DNA from: Cyanidioschyzon merolae
Taxonomy: Eukaryota
Direction: 5' to 3' (one strand)
Length of the DNA stretch: 64,000 bases
Assembly: GCA_000091205.1 (NCBI GenBank)
Contig: AP006490.2
This document shows positions 22,199 to 34,450 of this stretch, piece after piece. Position 1 is the first letter of the stretch. The number at the start of each line of letters is the position of its first letter. Made by a program: the position numbers and the translations under genes. Below the pieces are notes generated by a model. The model did not search any database. It saw only the letters and a program-made list of their open reading frames with translations, and was not told where the DNA came from.

Positions 22199-23186
22199 AG
22201 CGTACGGAGCGTTCCTCACGTTCCTATGAAGGCCGGCTTGCTGTGGCCTGACAACAGGACTTTGAACCTATTTCCAGTGGGTTCCAACAAGGGCTCTGCA
22301 TCCTTCGCCTTCTGTTTCTGTAGCTTCCATGTACAAGTAGCCGGAAATTTCGTATTTCTGCAACTAATCATCGGCAAAAATGTGCCTGTTGCAGAAGTAA
22401 ACACACGGATGATCGAGAAGACAACTTGTATACATGCCATACATCCACGACTTGAAAGTGAAAGGGTGCGCGATACGTCAATCGGCACGCGCCCTTGACG
22501 CGAATCTCATTCCTGGACAAGCGCAGAGTACAATCCGTTTCGCCGAAATTTTTAGCGGCGACGGCGACGACGGCGGCAGCAGAAACCCCTGTAGCAATAC
22601 TCGTTTGCGGATAGCCGCACAAGTTGAGTCATGACAAACTTTCCCTCGCGCCCACGAAGAAAAACTCTAAGCGGGAGGCCATCTTAGGATAACAATTGCT
22701 ACACGCTCAAACATGCGCACTCTAGTCGTGATCAGAAGCTGCATCCCGCAGCCAATGCCAATTAACGGCCGCATTTTAAGCTGATATCCGCGCTGCAGCC
22801 AATCCAAGCACAGCGCTCGAAAAGTAGAACGCGCTCTGCGTCCACGTGGCGCTACACAGAACAGGAGTGGCATGCATGAGACATTTCAGACAAAGACATC
22901 CCTGAGTGCTTCGAGGGCGAGCGCTCTGGACGCGCGTCGAGCCGTACACGCTGCATCGCCAGCCTCGTCACATGAGAAACACTGTATAGCCTGGGCAATC
23001 CACAAGTGATGCCCCTGCGTGAACCCTTAAGGCATGCTGCGGTAAACCGACATTCAGCCGCGCGGTTGCCGCCGTTGAGGCTATTGCGGCATGCCACAGC
23101 GATATTGTCAGCTACGATATCCCCGCACGCGTCGTGGCACCGTGAGAATGTGCGATTCCTTATGTGAGACGCATTCACCGCGGATT

Positions 23187-24560
23187 TCAGTGCGAACGGT
23201 ATCCCCAAGCAGCGGCGTGGAAATGGCCCATCGTTGCTCGATCGACTCGGAAACCTGGTGGCAACTGCACTCTGACGGGTTCAAAAGCCATGCGCGGCGC
23301 TCCGGCCCCAATGCCAAGTAAGCCGTATTCGCCGCTACCCGTGACGTATATCTCGTTATCGCTCACTAGAAAAAGTGTGTTCTCGTGGCCACAGGCAATG
23401 CCAGTCACTCTGCGAGAGGCAAGTGGTGAATTCCTAGTGTTGAGAATTTGCGGAGTCGGCGTCATTGTGATACTCTCGCCCAAGCCAAGCTGACCACTCA
23501 TACCATGACCCCAGCAGATCACTTCACCTTGATCACTCAAAGCGACCGAGTGACGCTCCCCGCAGGCAATCTGAGCAATGCGGCGGCCGGCGAGCGCGCC
23601 GCCTGTTAGGAGCCGAGGCTCGGAGAAAACACACTGCTTACTCGTGGGATTCTCTGCTGTTTCCTGATCGCAGGACATGGTGATGCCAAGTTGGCCGTAT
23701 TCATTGCTTCCGAATCCATAAATGCGACCGTCATCAGTCAGGACGAGCGTGTGTCGGTCACCGCTGGCCACTTTGATGATTCGAAGATTAGGCAAAGCGT
23801 TCCCATGTTCGTCCCGAAAAGTGACTGCCAAGAGCGATGGTTCGTCGTTGCAGCTTCCGTGACCCAGCTGGCCATAGGCACCCCATCCGCAAGTATACAC
23901 CACGCCGATAGCGCTTAAAGCGACGGAGTGATGGTACCCGCACTCAACAGCGACGATCTGGCATTCACTGGGGATTGCTAGCGAGCGACGAACATTGCCT
24001 GGTTGGCCCGGGACTTTCTCCTGGACGGTACTCACGGGCCACGGTAGGAACGACCTCAGCTCTGTTCCTGTACCGAGGCGGCCATTCTTCCCGCCTCCCC
24101 AGGAGAAAAGCCTCCCGTCGCTCGAGACTGCGAAAGTGTGATAGCGTCCACAAGCCACGGCCTCTATGGGCGGCAGGGCTACGGCAGAGCTGCGACCCAC
24201 GTTTGTGATCGCTTCTGGACCTAGTACGCCTCGTACGCGAGTTGGTAAGGAAACCCTACGTATTCTTTGCCCAAGACCTAGTTGTCCGTACAATCCGTGA
24301 CCTACTGTGTACAAGGCGCCGTTCCGCAACAGAATTGCAGTGTGACTGCCTCCACAAGCGACCTGCAGAACGTGGTTGGGCGTCCTTCGATCACTTACCA
24401 GTCGATCTAATACAATTTTTGGAAGTTCGCTCGGCTGGAATATGTCACCTTCGGCGTATGGAATGCCCAGTCGATGGTTCTTCGCTCTTCCCCACACAAC
24501 GAGGGCTGGTTGCAGCTCCGAACCTTCCTCAGTGCCTCTCTCCAAACCTTCTCTCCTCAT
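23187..24560 (-). CDS. RCC1-repeat (beta-propeller) protein
   Basis: Seven RCC1-type blades with recurring motifs: GHGLYGQLGLGQ, GWGAYGQLGHGS, GFGSNEYGQLGI, CWGHGMSGQLGLGE, VTGSGEYGLLGIG. ATG start confirmed at 24558-24560. Confidence 0.8.
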   Translation of the reverse strand: MRREGLERGTEEGSELQPALVVWGRAKNHRLGIPYAEGDIFQPSELPKIVLDRLVSDRRTPNHVLQVACGGSHTAILLRNGALYTVGHGLYGQLGLGQRIRRVSLPTRVRGVLGPEAITNVGRSSAVALPPIEAVACGRYHTFAVSSDGRLFSWGGGKNGRLGTGTELRSFLPWPVSTVQEKVPGQPGNVRRSLAIPSECQIVAVECGYHHSVALSAIGVVYTCGWGAYGQLGHGSCNDEPSLLAVTFRDEHGNALPNLRIIKVASGDRHTLVLTDDGRIYGFGSNEYGQLGITMSCDQETAENPTSKQCVFSEPRLLTGGALAGRRIAQIACGERHSVALSDQGEVICWGHGMSGQLGLGESITMTPTPQILNTRNSPLASRRVTGIACGHENTLFLVSDNEIYVTGSGEYGLLGIGAGAPRMAFEPVRVQLPPGFRVDRATMGHFHAAAWGYRSH

Positions 24561-25783
24561 CCAACCAGCTGCCTCGTTGCCGACGAAGACGCTTTATCCC
24601 AACAAACCGGTGCAAGCACACCCAAAGAGCGTTTTGCACTGAGGTTAACCCTGCTTCCAAGTCCAGATGCGTCTACTTGACCCTGCGACAAACTCAGCAT
24701 TTGATTGGCGCTGCAGTAACCAATTCGCGTCGCCGGCGCCGCAGCGGCGGGCGGACACGCTGTCTGAGCGCGAAGGCTCCATTTCGCGGGGGCGAAGGCG
24801 CCTCCAGGTACGCGCACGTGCACGATGCCCCGGGGCAGTACCGACTTTGTCTGCTGCACGATCGAGGCGTGCGAAGGAAAACTGATGCAGCTGAGAATCC
24901 GATTGCGTCGTTCGCGCGCGACGCTCGAGCTCCAGTTTGGCGTTTGTATCATGCCCAAGCTGGAACGACGCGAATCGGACCTTGGTTGATGCAGACGCTC
25001 TAGAACGCTGGAAGACGCTTTCAGTTGGTTTGTAATAAAAGTTGTGCGTTCGGAGGCACTTGAACTGGATCATTAAGGGCTGGTGCGACCCGGGTGGTGG
25101 CGTTTCTTCTTTAAATAAGTAGGTGCCTATCGGTGACAACCGTATCAGATTCGAGTGGAAACTGAACTGATCGTTCTGTTCCTGCCTTTGGAGTCTTTCC
25201 GAAGCTTTTTAGATATGCAGCTTCGAGATTCGTAGTGCAGCAATATGGGCTTACGTACAATTGCTTTGGTGTAGGATTTCTGGTCATCTTTTCGAAGTGG
25301 CAAGTTCCACGCTTCGCCGCTGGCGTTCGGTATATCAGCGTAAACGAGATGTTTCGAGATTTCGCTGAACAAGTGTTCGCAAAATAACGGATATCATTAT
25401 CCACCTAGTATAAACAAGCGTACACTCTTCCCCGTTCCTTTCGAGTATAATTTTCAAAACACGCAAACCTTGAATTTTCTACATTTGTGTCCCAAAGCGG
25501 CTTGTGGGCGCAGCCGTCGCGCATATAGTTCCCGGAAAGGTACAAAAGCACCGAACCTCGCTCCGCCGTTTTCCGGAGCCAGCGGAACAATACGCGCAAG
25601 CGGACCGGAACAAGGCACTGTTTGCTGGAAACAGTCCTCAGAAACACAGTACAGGTCTTGAGCAGCTGTCTCTGGCGCACGCAAAGCACCCCAGAAAGCG
25701 ATGACCCCATAAGAACCGAACAAGCTCTCCGAAGTATTGCTCGCATTAGAGCTGGAGGAGCGCTACAAATCGTGCGCCAATGA

Positions 25784-28033
25784 TCAAGAGCACCCACAAA
25801 ACCAGTCTGGAATCGGATAGATAGACGAATAGATGCGCCGAAGAACGATATAAATGTGGTCCCGTAGTTTCGTGTCCTTGCAAGTGACTTCACCGGTCTC
25901 GTGGTTCACGATCACTGGCGTGTTTTCGATGACCAATCGCGTCTCGCTCCTTCCCGTTACTTCTACGGAACCGAATCGTTCGGCAAGCAGCCGCCGCGTA
26001 AGACGAAGCTCACGCAATGCATCCTGATCTGGATAACCCTTTGGAGGCTCATGAACAGAACGATCAGCTAGGAAGGCGATCAAGGCGTCCACAATGGCGT
26101 CAGCCTGGAATGACGAATCCCACTCGAATGTGAGGAACCGATACCCAGTTTTTGGCTCTGTCCCAGATATACGAACATGGACGGCACCCTGGACAAGAAA
26201 GACTCGTTCTTCAGAGCCGCACTCGGTGTCTTCGGTCACGACCTTGGAAAACATACCCCGCAGTTCCTCTTCAAAGCTCTCGATACCTCCTCCGAGACAA
26301 AACGGTGCCACGAGTCTTTGCAGAATCCGTGATGTTTTCATCGCTGTGTATTGCTCCAAATCCGAAGGTTCCAGCAGAGAGTACTTATAGTCCCGTTTCA
26401 ATAAAACGCCCGATGCGCGGTGTCCAGCTTCTGGGCGGCTCTTCGCAAATTTGCCGATTGCCTTTCCAATGACCTCACCCTGGAATCGTAATAGAACGGC
26501 TTTCGTATTTCGAGGTGTAAAAATCCGAAGACGCTTTGAATCGTCTTGGTTCGCATCTTTGACACGCATTGTGTCGCGGACACTACCAGTCGTGACCCCC
26601 GAAAGCGGCGCCAGGTTGCTCGGAAGTACATCAACATCTGGCTCGTATACGTCTTTCTCATTCGACCCCACCTGGACAGCAGAGGCCTCCGCAATGGCGG
26701 CCTCAAAGGTTGCTTTGCGATTGAACCGGCTATCTAGCGCTTGTGCCAACCGCTGCATTTCAGATTTCTCCCCGTGAACGAGGACCAGATTCGATGGCCG
26801 GCACTGCTCGATGAACTCGCTCGTCTGCATGAAATCCGAATGAGCAGAGAAGGTTATATAGTCCACAGAGCATCGCAATGGAACATGTTGTCCATCAAGC
26901 CGGGGTACTGTCGCCGGATCCGTCAGAATGTACTTTGCAAGGGTGCCCTGCACAGAGTATCCGGGCAGAATGACGCCATTCCGTCTGTCGCTACACCACT
27001 TCTCGAAGAGGCGACGACTCATGCCGGACTGCAACATCCCGGGTGATGCCATGAATACACAGGGCCCGGAATCCTCGAATTCATCCAGCGATCTAATGTT
27101 CATCACATACTTGAAGGCAAAAGGATTACCGAATCTCCGGTAGCGTTGCTGAATATTCTGGTTCATCTGATGGATATACGTGGAGTAGATGGCCATACAA
27201 CGCTTCGCGATTGATGACGAATAATAAATCGGAATCTCTTGCAATTCCGGATGGGCGTCCCAGTATTCCTCCAGGATGAGCAACAGCTCTTGAGCCCGAC
27301 CGAGCGCAAATACGGGTAAGAGGCATCGACCTCCGCGCTTCACAACTTCTGCAACCCGTTGCGTGAAGCGTGCCTCCCGGACTCGTCGCGGTTCGTGAAC
27401 CTGCACGCCGTATGTCGACTCACAAATCAACACATCGATGTGAATGCCTCGCGGTATCTCTGCTTCCATCAAGTGGCGGTCCTCCTGTCGTGAGAAGTCT
27501 CCTGTGTACAGAACTGAAACACCGGCGACCTCCACGAGGAACATCGCGGCGCCGAGCACGTGCCCGGCGTTGTACGCGCTTATGCGCACACCAGAGACAT
27601 CGATATGCTGATGATAATCGATGCATTCGATACGTGCCATTGTCTGGTTGAGGTCGGACTCTGTGTAAATTATACCAGCGTAGTCCGACGAGCCCACGCG
27701 AACAAAATCACCTATCAGAGAGCGATACACTGCTTTCGTCGGATGCGTCATAAGAATCCTCGCACGCGGGTTTAGATTCGTTTGCGTGACGAGGTACGGC
27801 AGACCAGCACAGTGATCCAGATGAAAGTGGGTTATTAGGATCACATCAATCTCACTGGGATCGATCTCGTCGAAAAACGGCAGAGCAGCAAGTCCGGAGT
27901 ACGCGGGATGCACGCCACAGTCAAAGAGAATCGTTTTCTTTTTAAACTTCAGCACTATACAAGATCGTCCCACCTCGGATCCTGCACCTAACGGTATAAT
28001 AGAGAGCGTGTCATCGTCTGTCGCGGGTGGCAT
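25784..28033 (-). CDS. CPSF3: cleavage and polyadenylation specificity factor 73-kDa subunit (CPSF3/Ysh1)
   Basis: Metallo-beta-lactamase motif ILITHFHLDHCAGLPY. Long colinear match to CPSF73 (GAGSEVGRSC, HAGHVLGAAMF, YTGDFSRQEDRHLMEAEIP), plus beta-CASP and C-terminal domains. The track start is GTG; the first ATG is at 28033 (MPPATDDD...). Confidence 0.9.
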   Translation of the reverse strand: MPPATDDDTLSIIPLGAGSEVGRSCIVLKFKKKTILFDCGVHPAYSGLAALPFFDEIDPSEIDVILITHFHLDHCAGLPYLVTQTNLNPRARILMTHPTKAVYRSLIGDFVRVGSSDYAGIIYTESDLNQTMARIECIDYHQHIDVSGVRISAYNAGHVLGAAMFLVEVAGVSVLYTGDFSRQEDRHLMEAEIPRGIHIDVLICESTYGVQVHEPRRVREARFTQRVAEVVKRGGRCLLPVFALGRAQELLLILEEYWDAHPELQEIPIYYSSSIAKRCMAIYSTYIHQMNQNIQQRYRRFGNPFAFKYVMNIRSLDEFEDSGPCVFMASPGMLQSGMSRRLFEKWCSDRRNGVILPGYSVQGTLAKYILTDPATVPRLDGQHVPLRCSVDYITFSAHSDFMQTSEFIEQCRPSNLVLVHGEKSEMQRLAQALDSRFNRKATFEAAIAEASAVQVGSNEKDVYEPDVDVLPSNLAPLSGVTTGSVRDTMRVKDANQDDSKRLRIFTPRNTKAVLLRFQGEVIGKAIGKFAKSRPEAGHRASGVLLKRDYKYSLLEPSDLEQYTAMKTSRILQRLVAPFCLGGGIESFEEELRGMFSKVVTEDTECGSEERVFLVQGAVHVRISGTEPKTGYRFLTFEWDSSFQADAIVDALIAFLADRSVHEPPKGYPDQDALRELRLTRRLLAERFGSVEVTGRSETRLVIENTPVIVNHETGEVTCKDTKLRDHIYIVLRRIYSSIYPIPDWFCGCS

Positions 28034-31000
28034 CGCAGACACTCGGAGAGCCACTTGCCCGCCCAGAACAGGTCGTGGAAAACAACAGCAGTTGTACCCC
28101 TTGCGAAACGCGAGCCGAATCCACGGCTTGAGATTGATTGATCGATCGCACTGGACCTGCCCCGACGTGGCGACCCGGTTCTAGAGACAACGAGCGGCGA
28201 GGAGGAGCGCTGGCTGCAGCGCACAGCCGGTGCTGGGCCTTGCTTTTCCGCTGATATCGAATAGACGAGTCTGTACCCATGTCAGAATGGAATAGAACAG
28301 ACCCTTGATGCTAACTCGGAAGTGCACTGTAAAGTAATAGTCTCTTCCCTATGTCAGCGACACCGGGCTTCGGGGAATTTTTCTACGACTGCTTCCTCTT
28401 TCTCACTTTTATCTCCGGGTTGAAATCTGCCGGTCCATTCTTTCCCTGTATCCCCATGGTCAGCACTTGGTGGATGTGGATTGCAGCGTTAAAGTTCCCG
28501 TTTCGCAGATTCCGGCTGTTGTAGACGCATTTGATGTTCAGGTGGTGCTTGGAATCCGCGCACCTCCTGTAAAGTTAATCTTCTTTGTACATAGCATCCT
28601 CTTGAACTTTGGATCGGTGCGACTTTGCCGTGGTCAGGTGTTCTGACACATCCACCATGCGTCGTCCGAGTTCCAACGTATCGTGCGTGAACGCTCGCAC
28701 CATCGCTCGGATTGCACCCTAGACGAGTCCATAAGGCGCTCATCGATGCCCTCCTCGGTTTCCGTACCTAGTTTAGTACCCTACGATCGCATGCTACTTC
28801 TTGCCGATTTGCTTGGCGAGAACTCTGTCCGCTAGAGGCGCAAACGCTTCCTGTCTTATTCGGTAAGGGATTTGCAGCGCGCGATCTTGTAAATAATGAA
28901 ACGAGTTCCGGACGAAAATTTCGGGCTGAATTACAAGTCAGGCATACTCGATCCCTCTACGCTTCCTTCCCGCAAAGCGGTAACGCAAGCTCTACTGGAA
29001 GCGATCGCTTCAGTGACTGAGTTCCGAGGTCAACACATTGTTCCATGCAAATAGCAGAGATAGACCTCTTTGGTACCGGGTCCCGTTATAGGCCCTTGCC
29101 GGTGCCGGATTCCGTCTCGTCGCTGGCCAATAACCGCGATGGATTCGTATTCCGAACGTAATCGATAATTCGATGCGACAAGGTCACTAGTATTTCCGCA
29201 TAAACGTGTAAAGTTGGCGTCAACGGGTCACGTCGAGTTCTCTCCTCGTCAATCGAGCGGCCGAATCGCTGCGGCGACGAGTTGCCCCGAAACTGAAAGA
29301 TCGAAACCGTAACCACTTCGTGATTTGAGCCTGGTAAATGTAAGGAACGAAATCAAATCGAGATTGACACGCACGAATTTGTCGATCATAGAGGTCATCT
29401 TCAGAAACCGAAGTAGAGCGCATCGAGAATCATCTTCATGCCGGTTACGCGGAGAATTACTCCCGCAAAAGATTTGAAGGAGCCACGCTGACCAGGCAAC
29501 CAAACATCCGAAATCCTAGTAGGAATCGATAGGCCCTTATTACTGGGCTTTGAATGTCGAGGCTGTATATTCCAGAATAGTTCGGAAACAAATTGAAAGG
29601 CGGGAACTGAGCGAGGAATTCGGTGTTCCATTTTTGTACAACGTAGGCATAGTGAGACGTATTTGTCCACGTGCAAACTTCGTCCATTTTGAAGCCCTTG
29701 AGGAACTTCAAACAGAAACGGAGACATATCTTATAATGAACACTGGCGGATTTTGCATCGAGACGTGTTCGACGCGCCCTCTCGCAGAGAACTGGACCCC
29801 AAAAGTACCGTACGGGTTATCCAATTGATGCTCAATAGCACAGCAAGTGCGATACGAGTATCATGGGCACTTAATTTGCGCTGGAACCTTGCTCCACTTC
29901 GAAACCGTAATGATCAAAGAGCCACTGTCTCTATGCTTTTAAAAGGATGAAAATGTGCGTACAGCTGCTCGTCAGATCGCTGAGAACAGCATGCAATGGT
30001 ATCGTCTTAGATTGGATGCAAAATCTGAACCAACTTATTCTTCGGGAAATCCTCCAATCCAGCGCGAAACTTCGGCATCTAGATATGCGAAACTTCCGAA
30101 TACAAGAGATAGTGTGGCGCGAGTCTTCCGGCCTGCAGGTCCGGACCTGCGTAAGCCTTGTTTTGCGCGTCAAACGATCTGTGAGCGCCCCAAGTATAAA
30201 GTTCGGTGCTCTCGTGCAGCACACATTCTTATAGGACCCTTACAGACCCGATATCAATTCTTTGTATTCATCTATCTATTCATGCTCTATACTGGCGCTT
30301 TTCCATGCTATGAGAACTCTGAATACGACACACAATTAACCAACCTCAAAGTTTGAACACGTTAGCGTGAGGAAGTTTCCAGTGGGATGCTGTGATTGGA
30401 GCACGCCTGGAATATATTAGTGTGTACATACCTAGCATATTACTCCAGAGTCATGGACTGGCTCAGAAACACCACTCGATGGGGTTTTCTGATATGAACG
30501 GATATCTGCCTCATCGGCAAGATATTGTGCTTCACATGTGATTCGCATACGATATGCGGATCGTTAGGCGCGAATACGCAAATGGGGAGGCTTCAGAGAC
30601 GCCACTAGCTGGCTCTCGGTGATTATTACAACGGCCGTGGCACAAATTTCGCGGAAAATGATTCTGAATTCGCTTCCAACAGCTTCCTGAGCGCCAGTCC
30701 CTAACCAGATACGAGCAAAGTGCCGCCTGACATATGCCGAATATTCTCTAAGCCCGCAACGGTGCGATCAAAATGTCCTTCGTCGCACGCGCTAGTTGCC
30801 AGGGTGCATTGCGCGCATTTCCCAAGCCCCCGACTTCGTGAACTGCATCGAAATATTTTTTGTTCTTCAAAATTTTTGGATAGGAATATGAGCGAGGCAG
30901 CGAAACTTAGTTTTCCGGGTAGTTCATTCAACAAGTAATTCTAGAACATTATAGGGTGTAAGTGGCCATGAAGAATAACTTTTGCGGTGGACTCTGCCTA

Positions 31001-31678
31001 ATTCTGGACGATCGCGCACCAATATATTGCGTCGGCCGCGGTCAGGGGCCACATCGGAAAGTGACTAGAACTTATCGGTGTTCCCAAAGAGGCGTCCGCT
31101 CTGTGGAAACCCGAACGTAAGGGCTCTCGAGCGGGGTGGTAGATGCCCCTTTACTTGTAGGCAAAAATCGCGCATCCGATCGGTCTTTTGATAGTCTCAC
31201 CGATCGCACGCCATGAAAGCAACTGTCCCCAGGTGGTACTTACATCCTGAATTGGCCCATGAAACCGGAAATGTTAACTCGGAGGCCCTGCTCGAATTTG
31301 CTGTGTGCTCAGCGGCCAAAGCGAATGCTCGCTCACCACACTGGGTGCTTTCACAGGATACTGAGTGCGTCGAGTTCTTGTTTCGGTTCCCTTGCTACAC
31401 TCAGAATAAAAACAGAGAATAAGAGACCAGAGCAAGCCTCTTAACGTGAAAGAGCACAATTTTTTCTCGGAACTCTTCTTGCCCGAAGGGTCCAACGTAA
31501 ATCATTGTCAAAAATACTCAGTGCCTGTCTTTCATAACTGAAAGAAGCAGATTGTTCTGGTGCAACTTTCCCTGTTAAGACAGTATCCCCATGCGACACA
31601 GCAACACGGCTGTCGATGAAACTAATAGTATCCATACCATAGGCAATATCCGAAACTGCCCCAGGTCAATAGCGTTAC

Positions 31679-32026
31679 TCAGACTGCTTCCAACACCACC
31701 GCTGTTCCATATGCAGTTACTTCGTTCATAAGATAACCAGCTCCTGAGCCAAACTCACTCGAATCGAAGCGCATGGCGAAGACCGCGTTTGCCCCCAGGG
31801 ACAGCGCATGCTTTGCTAGTTCCTGTAGAGCGTCATCACGTGTGGCAGAGATCATTTTAGTGTACCCGGGCTGCTTTCCACCACGCACCGCACGGAAGCA
31901 GCTCACCCAGTTGCCCCCTATGCTGCGGGTTCTCACTGATGTTCCGTAGACAGGACCGATGACACGAAGAACTCGCATGCCAGGGCAATCATTCGTGGTA
32001 AGGATGAGACACTGCTTCTCCGTCAT
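31679..32026 (-). CDS. YbjQ/DUF74 (UPF0145) family protein, bacterial-type
   Basis: 115-aa ATG-initiated ORF. LGANAVFAMRFDSSEFGSGAGYLMNEVTAYGTAVVLE and the N-terminal G..V.G pattern match E. coli YbjQ over its full length. Stand-alone in an 8-kb gene-poor stretch. Confidence 0.6.
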   Translation of the reverse strand: MTEKQCLILTTNDCPGMRVLRVIGPVYGTSVRTRSIGGNWVSCFRAVRGGKQPGYTKMISATRDDALQELAKHALSLGANAVFAMRFDSSEFGSGAGYLMNEVTAYGTAVVLEAV

Positions 32027-33739
32027 AAAAGCTCCAAAGGAATGATCCGTTTTCCCGTTAGTGCGGGCGACTTGCTAACCAACGGCTGTGACCGCAGCGC
32101 CAATCTGCATTGCGCTCGGCATTACTGGATCTCATGCGCAGCCCAGGATTCCGCATCTCGACGAGATGGATTTTTCCATCAACGCAGAGTTTTTGATGTA
32201 TTTTTTTCAGTACATGGTCTCCCGAACGCAACAATGGTGCGTGACGGACTATGGTGTCGTACCCAAACTTCTGCACTCGCATCCAACAAAGGAAAATGTA
32301 TTGCTGCAGTTATTGCGTTTCCGAACGGTGCGGGTGGCAGAAGATCGACGCGTGTTTGCTGTACAATTGAGTCGCTGAAAGGCTGAGTGCTCATTTGATC
32401 AACAGTATTATCGATTATCCCGGAGAAATTGCGTGAAAATTCTGGAAATGTGTGAGTTCAGGGGCCTTAACGGAACCCTAACGAGAAAAATGCATCAAGG
32501 TTACGTTCCAATTAGCGCTGCTTGGTGCAAGAGCGCTCTAGCCCGAAAATGTCAATGAGCCAACTAGATGTCTCGCAGTCTGGTGTCTAATACCGGCTCA
32601 ATTCTCTGTCCAGTTTTCGCACGTCGGGCGCAGAAGCCGGTGCAGCAAAAGCTGCCCCATTCTACGCCATGGGAATATATTACTTTTGCAGTTACTATGA
32701 ACACACTGGCTCGAGACGCATGAGCATTCGTGGAAACTGCTCAGAACCCCCGAATGAGACAAATTTTTCTAGTTCTGCAGATGCTCCGAACGACTCGTAA
32801 AATGCCCTCGCTTGCGGTGCTCAAATCGAGTGGAGACATGCTGCCGACGGATAAAAAAATGGTCAAGGCCATTGATCCAATGTACCCCTAGTGGACCTGC
32901 ATGCTTGTTTCGTACGAATCCATACAATAAACTAATAACGTGATTGTGCCCCGATCGAGAGCCATAATCAGAGGGAATGGCGATATTCCCCCAGATAGTA
33001 CCAACTTCCATGTAGAAGCAAAAGCAATGCCCACATACGAGTATGGTTTTGCGATTCGCAAGATTTCGAACCTAGCAGTGAGCGACCTATGCATGTAATT
33101 TCGAGTCAGCCGAATCTGTATCATTGCCATGAACTAGTTATGATGTGTTTACATAGGTAGCTTATTCGTGTAGATCGGGAATCGCGAAGCGTTCTAGACG
33201 ACAAATAGTTTGTATAGGCTCGTGCTCTACAGAGCTGAACAGGTCTATGAAGTCTATTATGGGTCATCTGAGCAGGTTATGAAAAGGCGTATGAAAGGTG
33301 CCTTGCGAAAAGGGTCCGGTGGTGCGGAGATGGTTAAGGACTTTGCTGCTGGAACGTTTAGGGCCACTACACGAAAGCTTCGTGGATTGTACCTACTGGT
33401 ATTCTTCGCCTGGTTTCGCATCATGCCTATACGACAAGCAATACGTAATTTATAACAGAAAAGTAAATTGAATTGAGCTCATTTGCTGAAAACCTTTCTA
33501 TGAAGAATACTATGTGGTTTCAGATGACAACGTTGAAGCGGTCGCTGTAAACAAAATAAGGCCTTTGTTAGAACGACGACTCTTGGTATCTGTTAATGAG
33601 GTACCACCTTTCAAACTCTGAGCGGTTTCGCTTATCATGCTCTCAAAAGCATTTAAGGTGGGTGCCGGCATTGACATCGTCTGTGTGAATATTTGCATTT
33701 TTCGTTGGACATAAAGGCGGCGGTCAATGATACAGACTG

Positions 33740-34450
33740 CTTCACAACTGTGGAGGGCAAATATGTCTCCCTACCCGCAGACCCGTCTCGCTCTTTTTCA
33801 ACCGGCGTCTTGCTATTGTTTTCAGCTTCTCCTTTTAACCTTCGAGTCTGGGAGACTGTCCGACAAAGTTGTCTCGCGTCAGCTCCTCGGGGCCCGACTT
33901 CAGCAGTATACATCGTCGGCTATTGATGGAGGCTTGAAGACTTAGTCCACGAATTCTATGCGTTCACTGCCTCAGGTGGAACTCATCTATGCAAGGATTG
34001 CTCGAACTCGAGCTCACTTTGCCGCCGCGGCCTCGTTATTGTCCAGTCGGGCAAGCCCTCTTTCACGACTTTCTCTCCCGTACTACTTCGTCGTCGTCAC
34101 TCATTCGTCTTCGCTCGATGGTTGGCAAGAAGAGGATTTTCGTCTTTTTCCTAGTCGCACGCGATGACGGCACTCCAGGATCTCAGACTTCCATTCCGAG
34201 AACATTCCCTTGGGTTTTTTGTTTTTGAAAATGAAATCACTTCGAACAAGTATGCTATAAACCTCGAGAAAGCATTTGATTATGCTCACCAGGGGGTGGG
34301 ACACAATTGAGGTGGAGGAATAAAATCCCTTCGTGGACGAATATCCGCTAACGGTTAGAGCTAGAATAAGAAAACCAATACGGAATTGAAGCCGTAAATG
34401 CCAGTGCATACTCTCCGATTCTCCACGCTTGATCCGCTTTTTCGCCATAT
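33740..34450 (-). mobile_element. Fanzor/TnpB-like element remnant (copy b), 5'-truncated
   Basis: Minus-strand frames match copies c and e: IIKCFLEVYSILVRSDFIFKNKKPKG vs IIKCFFAVYGGCIRSAFIFKHKKSKG, and YTAEVGPRGADARQLCRTVSQTRRLKGEAENNSKTPVEKERDGS vs the copy c tail. The 3' module on the minus strand (plus 33745-33805) reads GACGGGTCTGCGGGTAGGGAGACATATTTGCCCTCCACAGTTG. Confidence 0.5.

Noticed and set aside
24242-25139. ORF 24242..25003 (+, 253 aa) and ORF 24645..25139 (-, 164 aa)
   Set aside because: The first overlaps the RCC1 gene's 5' end antisense. Both are Arg/Ser-rich low complexity without motifs, so probably non-coding.
25405-25893. ORF 25405..25893 (-, 162 aa)
   Set aside because: Overlaps the 3' end of CPSF73 in another frame. 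No similarity.
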